A stretch of DNA of 37,842 nucleotides from Bdellovibrionota bacterium (GCA_044356215.1 JBIKWQ010000030.1:1-37842); one strand, 5' to 3'. Counted from the first letter of the stretch, positions 26,749 through 36,106 are shown. Notes: generated by a model not told the origin, from the letters alone. Program-made: numbers and translations.

Positions 26749-27493
26749 TTGCCTGGAGAGTATACTGCTTTTTAAGGCTTAGTACACGCCTTACATACTC
26801 TCTAGTCTCCGAATACGGCGGCACACCGTTATACCTATTTACAGGCTCCGACCCGGCGTTATAGGCGGCAACCGCGTGAGCTTCATTGCGAAAGCGTTTC
26901 AGTAGTTGGGCGAGATATTTTGTTCCTCCCCATATGTTAGAAGCCGGGGAAAACGAGTTTTTAACGCCGAGCCACCGCGCCGTTGATGGCATAAGCTGCA
27001 TAAGACCTCGAGCTCCTTTCGGAGACACTGCATACGGATTGAACGCAGACTCGGCGTGTATAACAGCCCGCACGAGAGCTGGATCTACTTCGTGCTCTAA
27101 AGAAGCACGATCTATTTCATCAGCGAACATCTCTGGATATAAAGAGCCCTTCCTCCCAATCATAGCTTTAGCGCGTGCTGTTATAGGGAGTCTCAGCGCG
27201 GCCCTATTCCCCTGAAAGAGCCGGTCGCCCGATCCCAATCGGATCGCACTACTGGCCCGATAAAAACGGCCCCCAGCTCCTGTTGATGTAAAGATCTCAG
27301 CGGCCTGTCCGGCTCCCGGTGGCCTATTTGTAAACCTAATAGCTCCATCGGCCTCCCTAATCACATATATCTTCGCCTCTCCGGCCAATGCCGGACGAGC
27401 TAAGATAAACATCGAGGCCCCGATAAATAATGAAATCACGAAATAAAATTGCCCGAGTTTCCTCATCGGCTCTAATCCATAAACCGGTCGCAT
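26741..27493 (-). CDS. soluble lytic transglycosylase (SLT domain)
   Basis: AVIHAESAFNP.AVSPKGARGLMQLMP, AAYNAG, PPYSETREYV; N-terminal signal and a DUF4124-like segment. Confidence 0.92.
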   Translation of the reverse strand: MRPVYGLEPMRKLGQFYFVISLFIGASMFILARPALAGEAKIYVIREADGAIRFTNRPPGAGQAAEIFTSTGAGGRFYRASSAIRLGSGDRLFQGNRAALRLPITARAKAMIGRKGSLYPEMFADEIDRASLEHEVDPALVRAVIHAESAFNPYAVSPKGARGLMQLMPSTARWLGVKNSFSPASNIWGGTKYLAQLLKRFRNEAHAVAAYNAGSEPVNRYNGVPPYSETREYVRRVLSLKKQYTLQANG

Positions 27494-27667
27494 GCGGCTA
27501 ATGCTCGCGCATACGAACTGTACAGGAGTTAGGATGCGGAGGCATGAGATAAGGCCTCTCTTTTGGAGACTATGGGGGCTTATAGAGCGACGGTAACTAG
27601 CTGAAATAATGAACGCTCGGCAGTTTGCAAACGAGGAAACGCAGTTTGAAACAGCCCAGTGCAGAGA

Positions 27668-27700
27668 AGGCGGGGGCGGCTTGTATTCGCGCCCCCGCCT
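27668..27700 (-). terminator. GC-rich hairpin downstream of the first flagellin gene
   Basis: AGGCGGGGGCG-N11-CGCCCCCGCCT, 9 nt past the stop codon; weak U-tract. Confidence 0.6.
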
Positions 27701-27709
27701 ATAAAGGGC

Positions 27710-28570
27710 CTACTGAAGTAGACTGAGTGCGATTCGTGGAGACTGATTGGCTTGAGCAGAGACTGCAGCACCAACCTGCTGGAGAATCGAGAGGCGAGTT
27801 AAGTTTGCAGCCTCTTCCGCCACGTCTAGGTCTCTGATGCGTCCTTCTGCCGCCGATAGATTTTCACGGGCTACCGATAAATTACTAATTGTAGACTGAA
27901 GTCGTGTCTCCATAACTCCAAGTGACCCTCGCCGCTGAGAAACAGACGAGATGGCATTAGAAACCCCGGTAAGTGCGCTTCTGGCGGCACTCTGAGACTC
28001 AGTCGCGGTACTTCCAGAGAGCGAATATATCATCGCCGAGGAGCCCGCGGCAGCTAATCCAATCTGTTGCAAAGTACCCTGAACACCATTAATGGTTAAC
28101 TGAGAAAGGTCTGTAGTGTCTGTGCCCACCTGCAAGACTACCGCTGCTCCACCTGAAAGTAGCGCCACTCCATTAAAAGTCGTAGCTGTCGCAATGCGCT
28201 CAATCTCGGACCCCAAATCATTAAATTCAGATTGAATTACGGACCTCTGAGAAGAGGTATAGAAGCCGTTTGCGGCCTGCTGCGCCAACTCAGACTGCCT
28301 CTGCAATATATTCTGAATTTCAGAGAGAGCATTATCAGCTACCGCTACGGCAGATATGCCGTCGTTTGCGTTGCGGAGAGCGACCTGCATTAAGCGGTTT
28401 GAATTGGACAGAGAATCTGCAATTGCCAAGCCAACTGCATCCTCTCCAGATCTATTTATGCGCTTTCCAGAGCTTAGCCTCGCGTAAGAATCACTAAGCG
28501 CATTTGCCGTCTTTGACAACTCACGATTAACCCGAAGGGCACCCTGATTAATCCCTAAACTAATAGCCAT
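27710..28570 (-). CDS. fliC: flagellin (short, 286 aa)
   Basis: RLSSGKRIN..EDAVGLAI, RNANDGIS, TTFNGVALL, QVGT, LSAAEGRIRDLDVAEE, AQANQ. Confidence 0.95.
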   Translation of the reverse strand: MAISLGINQGALRVNRELSKTANALSDSYARLSSGKRINRSGEDAVGLAIADSLSNSNRLMQVALRNANDGISAVAVADNALSEIQNILQRQSELAQQAANGFYTSSQRSVIQSEFNDLGSEIERIATATTFNGVALLSGGAAVVLQVGTDTTDLSQLTINGVQGTLQQIGLAAAGSSAMIYSLSGSTATESQSAARSALTGVSNAISSVSQRRGSLGVMETRLQSTISNLSVARENLSAAEGRIRDLDVAEEAANLTRLSILQQVGAAVSAQANQSPRIALSLLQ

Positions 28571-28776
28571 ACTTCATTCCTCATTGAACTACACCTAAAA
28601 CGATCCGCTCCTGCTTGATTAGCCGGACTTCCGTCACAACTACTTTAAGGCGGTCTATTCCTGACTAATTTGCTGAGTGGGTAAAGTTACGAACAACTGA
28701 AAACTCACCTAGATGGGCACAGCATTCACATATTTACCACTCGGCGTTTATTACTCCTTCAACCGCCTTAGAGGGT

Positions 28777-28805
28777 GTTACGGCAGAGAACCATCTTCCC
28801 TTGAG
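28777..28805 (-). promoter_or_regulatory. sigma28-like promoter CTCAAG-N15-GCCGTAAC
   Basis: Resembles the FliA consensus TAAA-N15/16-GCCGATAA. The same boxes and spacing recur before the second flagellin. Confidence 0.7.
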
Positions 28806-28866
28806 AAAACACCTCTAAAAATTTATTTAATGCCGTTTTTTTTCTAACTCACTGCCATATGATGAC

Positions 28867-28927
28867 AAAAAAAGCCGGGAATCACGATTGCCTAGCCAGA
28901 GAGGCTAGAAAGAGCATGAATCCCGGC
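28867..28927 (-). terminator. intrinsic terminator of the second flagellin gene
   Basis: Minus strand GCCGGGA...TCCCGGC followed by T7; inner CTAGCC/GGCTAG stem. Confidence 0.75.
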
Positions 28928-28973
28928 GCTAACTAACGCACTTAGCCCGAAGCTAAGGCTATCTTGGTACCAT

Positions 28974-29837
28974 TTACTGCAGTAACTGCACCGCCAATAG
29001 CGGCGACTGATTAGCCTGGGACAGGACGGACGCGCCAGCCTGTTGCAGGATCTTCAACCGCGTCAGCTCAGCAGCCTCTGACGCGATATCCGCATCAGTA
29101 ATACGAGACTCTGCCGCGATACTGTTCTCCCGAGTAACCGAGAGGTTCTGTACTGCGCTACCTAGTCTTGACTCCACAGTACCTAAGGTACCGCGCAAGC
29201 TGTTTAGCGAAACAACCGCACTATTAATAGCCGCCAACGCGTTTTGAGCCGCAGACTGCGCATCTGCGGTCGTCGCCCCTGAAACCGAGTACGTCAACGC
29301 TGAAGAACCCGAGCTAGCTAAACCTAGGGCCTGCAACGTGGCGCCACCGTTCTGATCCAGAGAGATACGCGACGTTGAAGCCGCGTCAAACCCGATCTGA
29401 AAATCGAGCACCTGAGATCCAGAGAGCAGCTGAACTCCGTTAAACTCGGTAGTAACAGCGATACGCTCGATCTCGGACCCAAGCACCGAGAACTCAGACT
29501 GTATGGCAGATCGCTGAACCGCCGAGTAAGTTCCGTTTGCTGACTGTGTCGCCAACTCAGAAAGCCTACCAAGTACCGACTGAATGGACTGGAGTGCCCC
29601 ATCAGCTACAGCTACGGTTGACATACCGTCCTGAGCGTTTCTCATAGCCATGGTCGCAATCCGCGAGTTAAGTCGCAAAGAGCCCGCAATCGCAAGACCC
29701 GCCGCGTCATCACTCGGTCGGTTAATTCGGAGACCCGATGAGAGCCTCTCAAAAACCCTACCTAAGCTATCAGAAGATTGACCCAAAAGTCTCTGGCCTC
29801 TAACTGACGCCAGATTCGAATTTATACTAATTGCCAT
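28974..29837 (-). CDS. fliC: flagellin (short, 287 aa)
   Basis: ERLSSGLRINRPSDDAAGLAI, RNAQDGMS, TEFNGVQLL, FQIG, AESRITDADIASE, SQANQ; RBS AAGGAGG. Confidence 0.96.
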   Translation of the reverse strand: MAISINSNLASVRGQRLLGQSSDSLGRVFERLSSGLRINRPSDDAAGLAIAGSLRLNSRIATMAMRNAQDGMSTVAVADGALQSIQSVLGRLSELATQSANGTYSAVQRSAIQSEFSVLGSEIERIAVTTEFNGVQLLSGSQVLDFQIGFDAASTSRISLDQNGGATLQALGLASSGSSALTYSVSGATTADAQSAAQNALAAINSAVVSLNSLRGTLGTVESRLGSAVQNLSVTRENSIAAESRITDADIASEAAELTRLKILQQAGASVLSQANQSPLLAVQLLQ

Positions 29838-30108
29838 ACTATTTCCTCCTTGAAGTTGATCGACACTCCCGTCATTCCTTAGACGAGCTCCAGAGTACCT
29901 GGGACCGCGGTGCCAACCACAACCTAATTCCGCAGAGACAACGCACCTCTCGTTATTGAGAGATAGGCCCCCTACGGCACTACATTAAGTAACTACAGAA
30001 CAACCGAACTTTTGAGCGAGGGCTCGCTCTTGGTACTACAAAAAGCGCGTCTCTGAATTGAGATACGGCGACCGCCTCAGAGACAAACAGGTTTCCCTGA
30101 TGAATTTT

Positions 30109-30137
30109 TATACGGCTGTAAAGTGAATCTTCTTGAG
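30109..30137 (-). promoter_or_regulatory. sigma28-like promoter CTCAAG-N15-GCCGTATA
   Basis: Same boxes and 15-nt spacer as 28777-28805. Confidence 0.7.
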
Positions 30138-30376
30138 TGATTTCGTAACTACTCACCGGATTTTCAGATCCTTGCAGTCATTCCATCGCCAAATGGGCTG
30201 TTTTCGTGCATCTTCTTTCTTGATTCCCCCTGGTCGGGGGTGCCTGTTTCTGATGAGTAGTTATGTGACTTGATCTCTAGAAAGGCAAAGCACTAGTGAC
30301 GCGGCGTCACAAAAACTACCAGAATCGCCCGTTTTAGTGGTTTTTTTGATGCGAGAAACTATTAGCAAGAACAGCT

Positions 30377-30398
30377 AAAGCTCGCGTAAGCGAGCTTT
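30377..30398 (-). terminator. hairpin downstream of the thiolase gene
   Basis: Perfect AAAGCTCGC-GTAA-GCGAGCTTT, 16 nt past the stop codon. Confidence 0.6.
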
Positions 30399-30414
30399 GG
30401 CCTTGCTTCCCTAG

Positions 30415-31662
30415 CTAAACCGATACCGCCGCTGCGGCAGCTCCGCCTCCCGCCGCGCACACACTTATTACAGCGCGCTTGCCCCCTTGCGAATTTAAAA
30501 TATCACACGCATTTAAAAGCAACCTGCCTCCCGTGGCGGCAAATGGATGTCCGAGCGCTATCGATCCACCAAAGATATTGATCTTCTCTCTAGGGATTAC
30601 ACCTAGAGGTCTCTGATTAGGGTATCTAGACGATCCGCTTTCCCAGGCTTTTAAATTACACAACACCTGCGCCGCAAAGGCCTCATGAATCTCAAACGCG
30701 TCGATCGACGCGAGATCCCATCCCACTCGACTAACCACCTTAGGCAAAGCTAGTACCGGCCCCATTAAGAGACCATCTCCTGGTGGCACTGACACGAAAT
30801 CGATCGCGTCGATAAAACCTTTAATCGGCAAACCACTCTGGCGCGCGAGATCCTCTCTCATCAAACAGACAGCCGAAGCGCCATCGGTTAGCGCGCTCGC
30901 GTTGCCCGCCGATATGGTACCTTTTGGACCTCGATCAAATACTGCCGGCAGTGAAGCTAGCTTTTCAAGGGAGGTATCACCCCTTACCAGGTTATCCTCA
31001 CTGATACCCGCAAAAGCGACGATCTGCTCTTTTGATATCCCCCGCTCACGGGCCGCCAACGCGTTCTTGTGACTTCTTAGAGCGACCTCATCCTGATCCG
31101 CTCGAGCGATACCAGCTTCCTGCGCCATCAATTCGCAGTGCTGCCCCATCGTCAAACCTGTCGAAGGCTCTTTTGGGCTCGGAGCCTGGGGAGCCAAGAA
31201 TCCTGGTCTAAATTTAGCTATGATTTTAAGTCTATCTTTGAGACTCCTCGCCCTACTTAAGCGGATAAAGAACTCCTCTCCACGTCGCGGAAAGGTTAGA
31301 GTTGGGCACGACATCGACTCCACACCACCAACTATCGCTGCTCTGATTCTACCACTTGCTATCGCTTCACACGCGGCGTTGGCTGCTACGAGTCCTGTAA
31401 TACAGTTGTTAGATATAAAGTGCCCCGACATCGTCTTAGGGAGCCCAGAACGCAGAATAATCTCGCGGGCCAAATTCGGATAACGGGGATCTAGGAGAAC
31501 TGTGCCGAAATAAAGCTCGTCTACCAAACTCGGATCGACCCCCGTTTTCTCAATGCAGGATACAACGACGTGCTTACCCAGATCCAAACTCGAATAGCGT
31601 CCGAATACACCACCAGCCTTAACAAAAGCCGTTCTCACCCCACCAACGATAGCTATCCTCAT
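30415..31662 (-). CDS. acetyl-CoA C-acyltransferase (FadI/FadA-type thiolase)
   Basis: MRIAIVGGVRT, NNCITG, GGVESMS, AGNASALTDGAS, EIHEAFAAQ, GGSIALGHPFAATG, CAAGG. Start placed at 31662 after a GAGGTG RBS. Confidence 0.93.
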   Translation of the reverse strand: MRIAIVGGVRTAFVKAGGVFGRYSSLDLGKHVVVSCIEKTGVDPSLVDELYFGTVLLDPRYPNLAREIILRSGLPKTMSGHFISNNCITGLVAANAACEAIASGRIRAAIVGGVESMSCPTLTFPRRGEEFFIRLSRARSLKDRLKIIAKFRPGFLAPQAPSPKEPSTGLTMGQHCELMAQEAGIARADQDEVALRSHKNALAARERGISKEQIVAFAGISEDNLVRGDTSLEKLASLPAVFDRGPKGTISAGNASALTDGASAVCLMREDLARQSGLPIKGFIDAIDFVSVPPGDGLLMGPVLALPKVVSRVGWDLASIDAFEIHEAFAAQVLCNLKAWESGSSRYPNQRPLGVIPREKINIFGGSIALGHPFAATGGRLLLNACDILNSQGGKRAVISVCAAGGGAAAAAVSV

Positions 31663-31840
31663 AAACACCTCAGGCGGTCGCCGCAAAAAATCCGCGACCT
31701 CAAATCCAAACTGTTCATGAGCGTACATTAAAAACACCAGCAGCCCTACCCCTATTTATCCTCCCAGCGCTATATATCTTGAGAAAGCGACTATTTAGGA
31801 GTAATTTAAGGGCCTACTTTTATTAAATGACCTAACTCCT

Positions 31841-33355
31841 ATGAGCACATCAGAAATCCTCCAAAAGATCGTTTCTCTGACCAAACGTCGTGGCTTTATC
31901 TTTCAGAGCAGCGAGATCTACGGAGGCTTAAAGAGCGCGTATGACTACGGCCCTCTTGGAGTTGAGCTAAAACGGAACATCGCCGCTGAGTGGTGGAAGT
32001 GCATGGTGCATGAACGCGAAGATGTGGTGGGGATCGACGCATCTATTTTGATGCATCCAAATGTTTGGAAGGCCAGCGGCCACCTCGCGGGCTTCTCAGA
32101 TCCTTTAGTTGATTGCTTAAACTGCAAAGAGCGTTTTCGTGCCGACAAAGCTCCGCAGATGACTCCGGGAACAGATATATCTTGGGTCAAAGGTGGCAAG
32201 AGCGGTGGTCAGAAAGCTGCCGGAAAGGTTGGAGAGTGTGGTTATGTATGTCCTCACTGTGGAAGTTCAGAGCTTTCTGGAGAGCGTCAGTTTAACTTAA
32301 TGTTTCGCACATCGATCGGCCCAGTAGATCCGATCGAGGGATTACTCGACCAGATTCACGGCAAAGAGCTTTCTCGTGCTGAGTTACGCGAAAAGGTAGA
32401 CGAGGCGGTCAAAACAACCGCGATCTACCTCCGTCCTGAAACAGCTCAAGCGATGTTCGTTCAGTTTCTAAACGTACAACAGACTATGTCGATGAAGGTC
32501 CCTTTTGGAATCGCTCAACAAGGCAAGTCCTTCAGAAACGAGGTCACTACAGAGAAGTTCATCTTCAGAACTTGCGAGTTCGAGCAGATGGAGATGGAGT
32601 ACTTCTGCGAACCCGGAACTCAGGGAGACTGGCATAACTACTGGACAGAGGAGCGAATGAAATGGTGGCAGAGGTACGCCAACAACAAGACCGCTTTCAG
32701 AGCTCGCAAACACGAGACAGATGAGTTGGCCCACTACGCTGACGCGTGCTGCGATATCGAATATCAATATCCGTGGGGATGGGACGAGCTAGAGGGTATC
32801 GCTTCTCGTACTGATTACGATTTAAGTAAACACTCTGAGGAGTCCGGGTCAAAGCTCTCATATTTTGATCAGAGCAAAACAGATCCCGCCACAGGAAAGA
32901 CCGGCGTGCGGTTTATGCCTTACGTTATCGAACCAGCAGCAGGATTAACCCGCGCCGTATTAGCTTATCTCTGCGACGCTTACACCGAGGAAGAAGGAGT
33001 AGACGCCGATGGCGCTGTAAAAACGCGTGTCGTGCTAAAGCTGCACCCGCGATTAGCTCCTTATAAAGTAGCGGTACTACCACTACTAAAGAAGGAAGGG
33101 ATGCCCGAGATGGGCCGCAAGATCGCCTCGCAGTTCTTCAAAGCCGGAATTAACGCCAGCTATGACGAACAGCAGTCGATTGGCAAGCGCTACGCGCGCC
33201 ACGATGAGATAGGAACCCCGTATTGCTTAACAGTTGATCACCAGTCGATTCAAGACAACACGGTAACTATCCGCGATCGCGACACTACAAAGCAGGAGCG
33301 GATTAGTATCGATGAGGCTCTAGCGGTTGTTAGAAAGCGCGTCGATGCAGAGTAG
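31841..33355 (+). CDS. glyQS: glycine--tRNA ligase (homodimeric type)
   Basis: YDYGPLG, WKASGH, FNLMF, YLRPETAQ, GKSFRNE, EFEQME, LAHYA, ELEGIASR, VIEPAAG, SIGKRYARHDEIGTP. Confidence 0.97.
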   Translation: MSTSEILQKIVSLTKRRGFIFQSSEIYGGLKSAYDYGPLGVELKRNIAAEWWKCMVHEREDVVGIDASILMHPNVWKASGHLAGFSDPLVDCLNCKERFRADKAPQMTPGTDISWVKGGKSGGQKAAGKVGECGYVCPHCGSSELSGERQFNLMFRTSIGPVDPIEGLLDQIHGKELSRAELREKVDEAVKTTAIYLRPETAQAMFVQFLNVQQTMSMKVPFGIAQQGKSFRNEVTTEKFIFRTCEFEQMEMEYFCEPGTQGDWHNYWTEERMKWWQRYANNKTAFRARKHETDELAHYADACCDIEYQYPWGWDELEGIASRTDYDLSKHSEESGSKLSYFDQSKTDPATGKTGVRFMPYVIEPAAGLTRAVLAYLCDAYTEEEGVDADGAVKTRVVLKLHPRLAPYKVAVLPLLKKEGMPEMGRKIASQFFKAGINASYDEQQSIGKRYARHDEIGTPYCLTVDHQSIQDNTVTIRDRDTTKQERISIDEALAVVRKRVDAE

Positions 33356-34802
33356 AATTGAACATACGGTAGCCCTTAAAACTGGCCAGAGGGGAGGAGC
33401 GGTGTACACCGTATTTCTTCTGCTTGTCGGGATATCCATACTAGGCGCTGGATTAGTCACATTCACAAAGCTCACCCATACAAACCCGATCTCTCCTGGT
33501 TTCCTAGAAGATACGCCCCCTACTCTAACTTGGCATGAAGTGCCACGTGGACTTGGGGCGGAAGCAGCGAGTATTAGCTTAACCGCGTCTGATAATAGCT
33601 CAGGCTTGGATGAAGTTGTGGTGCGCATATCACAGAAGAACCAGCCGATCGAGCTCGCGAGAAAGAGCTTCCAAGCAGGGCCCATCCTAAACGATACAGT
33701 CGAGTTTAAAGTTGACTCTCGGGAACTAGGCTTAAAAGAAGGCAATGCCGAGTTGCAGGTACTAGCTTTCGACAAAGCGCTCTGGAATAACGGCGCGCGC
33801 CTATCTGCGATAGTTGAGGTGAACTTCTCAAAGCCACAGATAACCGCCCTCTCTCCTCAGCAGAATGGAGTCCTGGGCGGAACTGAGATGGTCTTCTACC
33901 GAGTTGCGGGGAAACCTCCCGATGCCCACGGGGTTCTCTCGCAAGGAACACTATACGATGGATTCCACGCTGGCGGCTGGAACGATGGGTTTAAGAACCG
34001 TTCATCTGTTTACCTAGCTCTCTATCCGATGCCCGCGTCTTTTGACGACTCCAAGGAGCAGATGCGTGTAATAGCGCGAGATAATCTAGGCAACTCGGCG
34101 TCGGGATCGTTTAACTACAGGATTAAGCAACGAAGGTGGTCATCATATCGCGCGGCGCTATCATCGCAGCGAGGCCAGGCAATTAAAGACGAGTTGGCGA
34201 GTTACGCCACACGGGAGAAACTCGCCTATAAAGACAGCGGAGATCTAGCGACGGATCTTAAATCCTTGCTTAAGGTCCTAGCTTTAAGTGATGAGGGCTT
34301 TATCGGTACCGCGCTCGCTGAAACATCCTCAAAGAGATTTTGGAAAGAGGCTTTTCTGACACCTGTCTCTGCTACTCCAACTAATTCCGCGGGAGACCAG
34401 AGGATTGTCTACCTTAATGACAAGGAGCTAGTCCGAGGAACCTCCGCGGGAGTTCGTTTTCCAGTTTCAAAGAGAACCCCAGTAGTCGCGAGCAACACCG
34501 GCACGGTGGTGTTTATCGGAACATTAGGATTACTCGGAAATACGATCGTAATAGACCACGGCTTTGGACTCGCGACAGTCTATGGACACCTATCCAATGT
34601 TGGAGTGCAGCGTGGCGCATCTGTTCAACGTGGACAGGAGATCGGCAGCACCGGCAACACCGGATTCGCTCAATCAGAAGAGGTATACTTTGAGACCCGC
34701 GTTCACGGCGTACCTGTATCGCCAAACGAGTGGTGGGACCAAAGCTGGGTCACCGACCACATCGATAACAAGGTAAACTTTATCTTAAGAGACGCGACTT
34801 AG
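33345..34802 (+). CDS. membrane-anchored M23/LytM-fold protein with degenerate zinc ligands
   Basis: GNTIVIDHGFGLATVYGHLS...VQRGQEIGSTGNTG...PVSPNEWWD. The HxxxD position reads SAGVR and the HxH position reads EVY. Confidence 0.88.
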   Translation: MQSRIEHTVALKTGQRGGAVYTVFLLLVGISILGAGLVTFTKLTHTNPISPGFLEDTPPTLTWHEVPRGLGAEAASISLTASDNSSGLDEVVVRISQKNQPIELARKSFQAGPILNDTVEFKVDSRELGLKEGNAELQVLAFDKALWNNGARLSAIVEVNFSKPQITALSPQQNGVLGGTEMVFYRVAGKPPDAHGVLSQGTLYDGFHAGGWNDGFKNRSSVYLALYPMPASFDDSKEQMRVIARDNLGNSASGSFNYRIKQRRWSSYRAALSSQRGQAIKDELASYATREKLAYKDSGDLATDLKSLLKVLALSDEGFIGTALAETSSKRFWKEAFLTPVSATPTNSAGDQRIVYLNDKELVRGTSAGVRFPVSKRTPVVASNTGTVVFIGTLGLLGNTIVIDHGFGLATVYGHLSNVGVQRGASVQRGQEIGSTGNTGFAQSEEVYFETRVHGVPVSPNEWWDQSWVTDHIDNKVNFILRDAT

Positions 34803-34814
34803 CGTCTTCTTTGA

Positions 34815-35288
34815 TTACGAAATCTTAAATTGAGTTGTCTTTAATTCGCTCGCTACTAACGAGTAAGTGCGTGCTGCGAGAAGCTTTAAGTTAGCCGCGC
34901 CGATTGAAACAGAGCTTCCTTCTTGGCTAGCTACAGTTCTGTACTGATTTACTAGCTCAGCCATAGCTGGCCTTGCTGGGTAACCAGCCTTTACACTTAA
35001 CTCAGTTAGAGAGTTTGCAATCTCCTGAGAGATCGCCTTAGCGTCTCCACCACCACCGATACCAGCGATTCTGTCGAGTGAAGATGTAAGGAACTTTAAA
35101 GCCGCACTTGTATCAGCCGGAGCTTGCGCCGCTACATCCTGATACGACACTCGAGCATCTGTTAAGATCTGCTCAATAGTATGAGACTCACCACGTGGCC
35201 CGCATCCTGAAACGAAACAAAGAGCAGCACCGGTTACAACTAATGAAGCGAGTCTTACAAAGAAACCTTTTTGAGCCATGATATCCAA
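34815..35288 (-). CDS. putative lipoprotein
   Basis: Signal peptide with lipobox VSG^C. Confidence 0.75.
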   Translation of the reverse strand: MDIMAQKGFFVRLASLVVTGAALCFVSGCGPRGESHTIEQILTDARVSYQDVAAQAPADTSAALKFLTSSLDRIAGIGGGGDAKAISQEIANSLTELSVKAGYPARPAMAELVNQYRTVASQEGSSVSIGAANLKLLAARTYSLVASELKTTQFKIS

Positions 35289-35404
35289 ACTTTAAATCGA
35301 AAATTTTAAGACCTAGCACCCGTCATCTCCAAGCACTATTTAGCGCCTCAGATGACCGAGCTACCTGGGGGATCTTTAAACAGTAAGGCTCAGATGTCAA
35401 CGGG

Positions 35405-36106
35405 TTAGGAGTCGCTGTCTGACAGAGCAGCCTCTAAAAATGAACTTACCTGACCAAAGAACATATTTGGCACACCGTTAGGGATCGAAATCGCCCCGTC
35501 TCTCCCCTCAACGACCCCCATAACACCCATCAAGTCATTAATCCGTTGCGCCACCAACTCAGAGCACCGAAACGACCGCTCAGGAGCGCCCTGATTCGGA
35601 TAACAAACAGAGAAAAGCCGTTGCCACTCAAAGCGCCTCCCTGGATCTGATTTCCCCCGGAACCCCGCTATCTGTTCGTGTCCGATGATGGCACCAGGTG
35701 ACGCCAGGGCCGGATAGACCCCTTTTAATCGCTCAATGACGCCGAACAGGCTGGCGTATTGCTGCTCAGTGTACGAAAAAACGTTTCCGTTTAGATTCAC
35801 CAACTCGATACCTACAGAGATATCATTAAAACCCTCGATTGCTTTTGTAACACCATCACGTAAAACACCGAAGCGACTTCGCCCCGCGTGCCACGCCCTC
35901 TTAGCTGTGCCGTTTAAGCACTGAACCATCTCGTACACCGTACCATCACGATCGATAACCAGATGCGCAGAAACCTCAGTTTTAGGCGAGGAAAACAGCT
36001 CCAAAGTTCTCTTAAGAGAAGCGGCGGTATAGTGGAGCACCACGAACTCAACCCGGATATCCAGATCAGAGAAGTTAGGCGAGCGGATGTCGGCGCGGAT
36101 TTGCAT
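35405..36106 (-). CDS. N-acetylmuramoyl-L-alanine amidase (Amidase_2, AmpD/AmiD-like)
   Basis: SPNF, VVLHYTA, VSAHLVI, AWHAG, SVGIELVN, IIGHEQIA...KSDPG; zinc ligands appear intact. Confidence 0.92.
   Translation of the reverse strand: MQIRADIRSPNFSDLDIRVEFVVLHYTAASLKRTLELFSSPKTEVSAHLVIDRDGTVYEMVQCLNGTAKRAWHAGRSRFGVLRDGVTKAIEGFNDISVGIELVNLNGNVFSYTEQQYASLFGVIERLKGVYPALASPGAIIGHEQIAGFRGKSDPGRRFEWQRLFSVCYPNQGAPERSFRCSELVAQRINDLMGVMGVVEGRDGAISIPNGVPNMFFGQVSSFLEAALSDSDS

Noticed and set aside
29838..30102. c-di-GMP-I riboswitch upstream of flagellin
   Set aside because: A GAAA tetraloop is present but the GGCAAACC and GACGCAAAG core motifs are not.
5833..34776. Numerous short antisense or alternate-frame ORFs in the track
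   Set aside because: They overlap well-supported genes and have no recognisable motifs, so they are treated as shadow ORFs.
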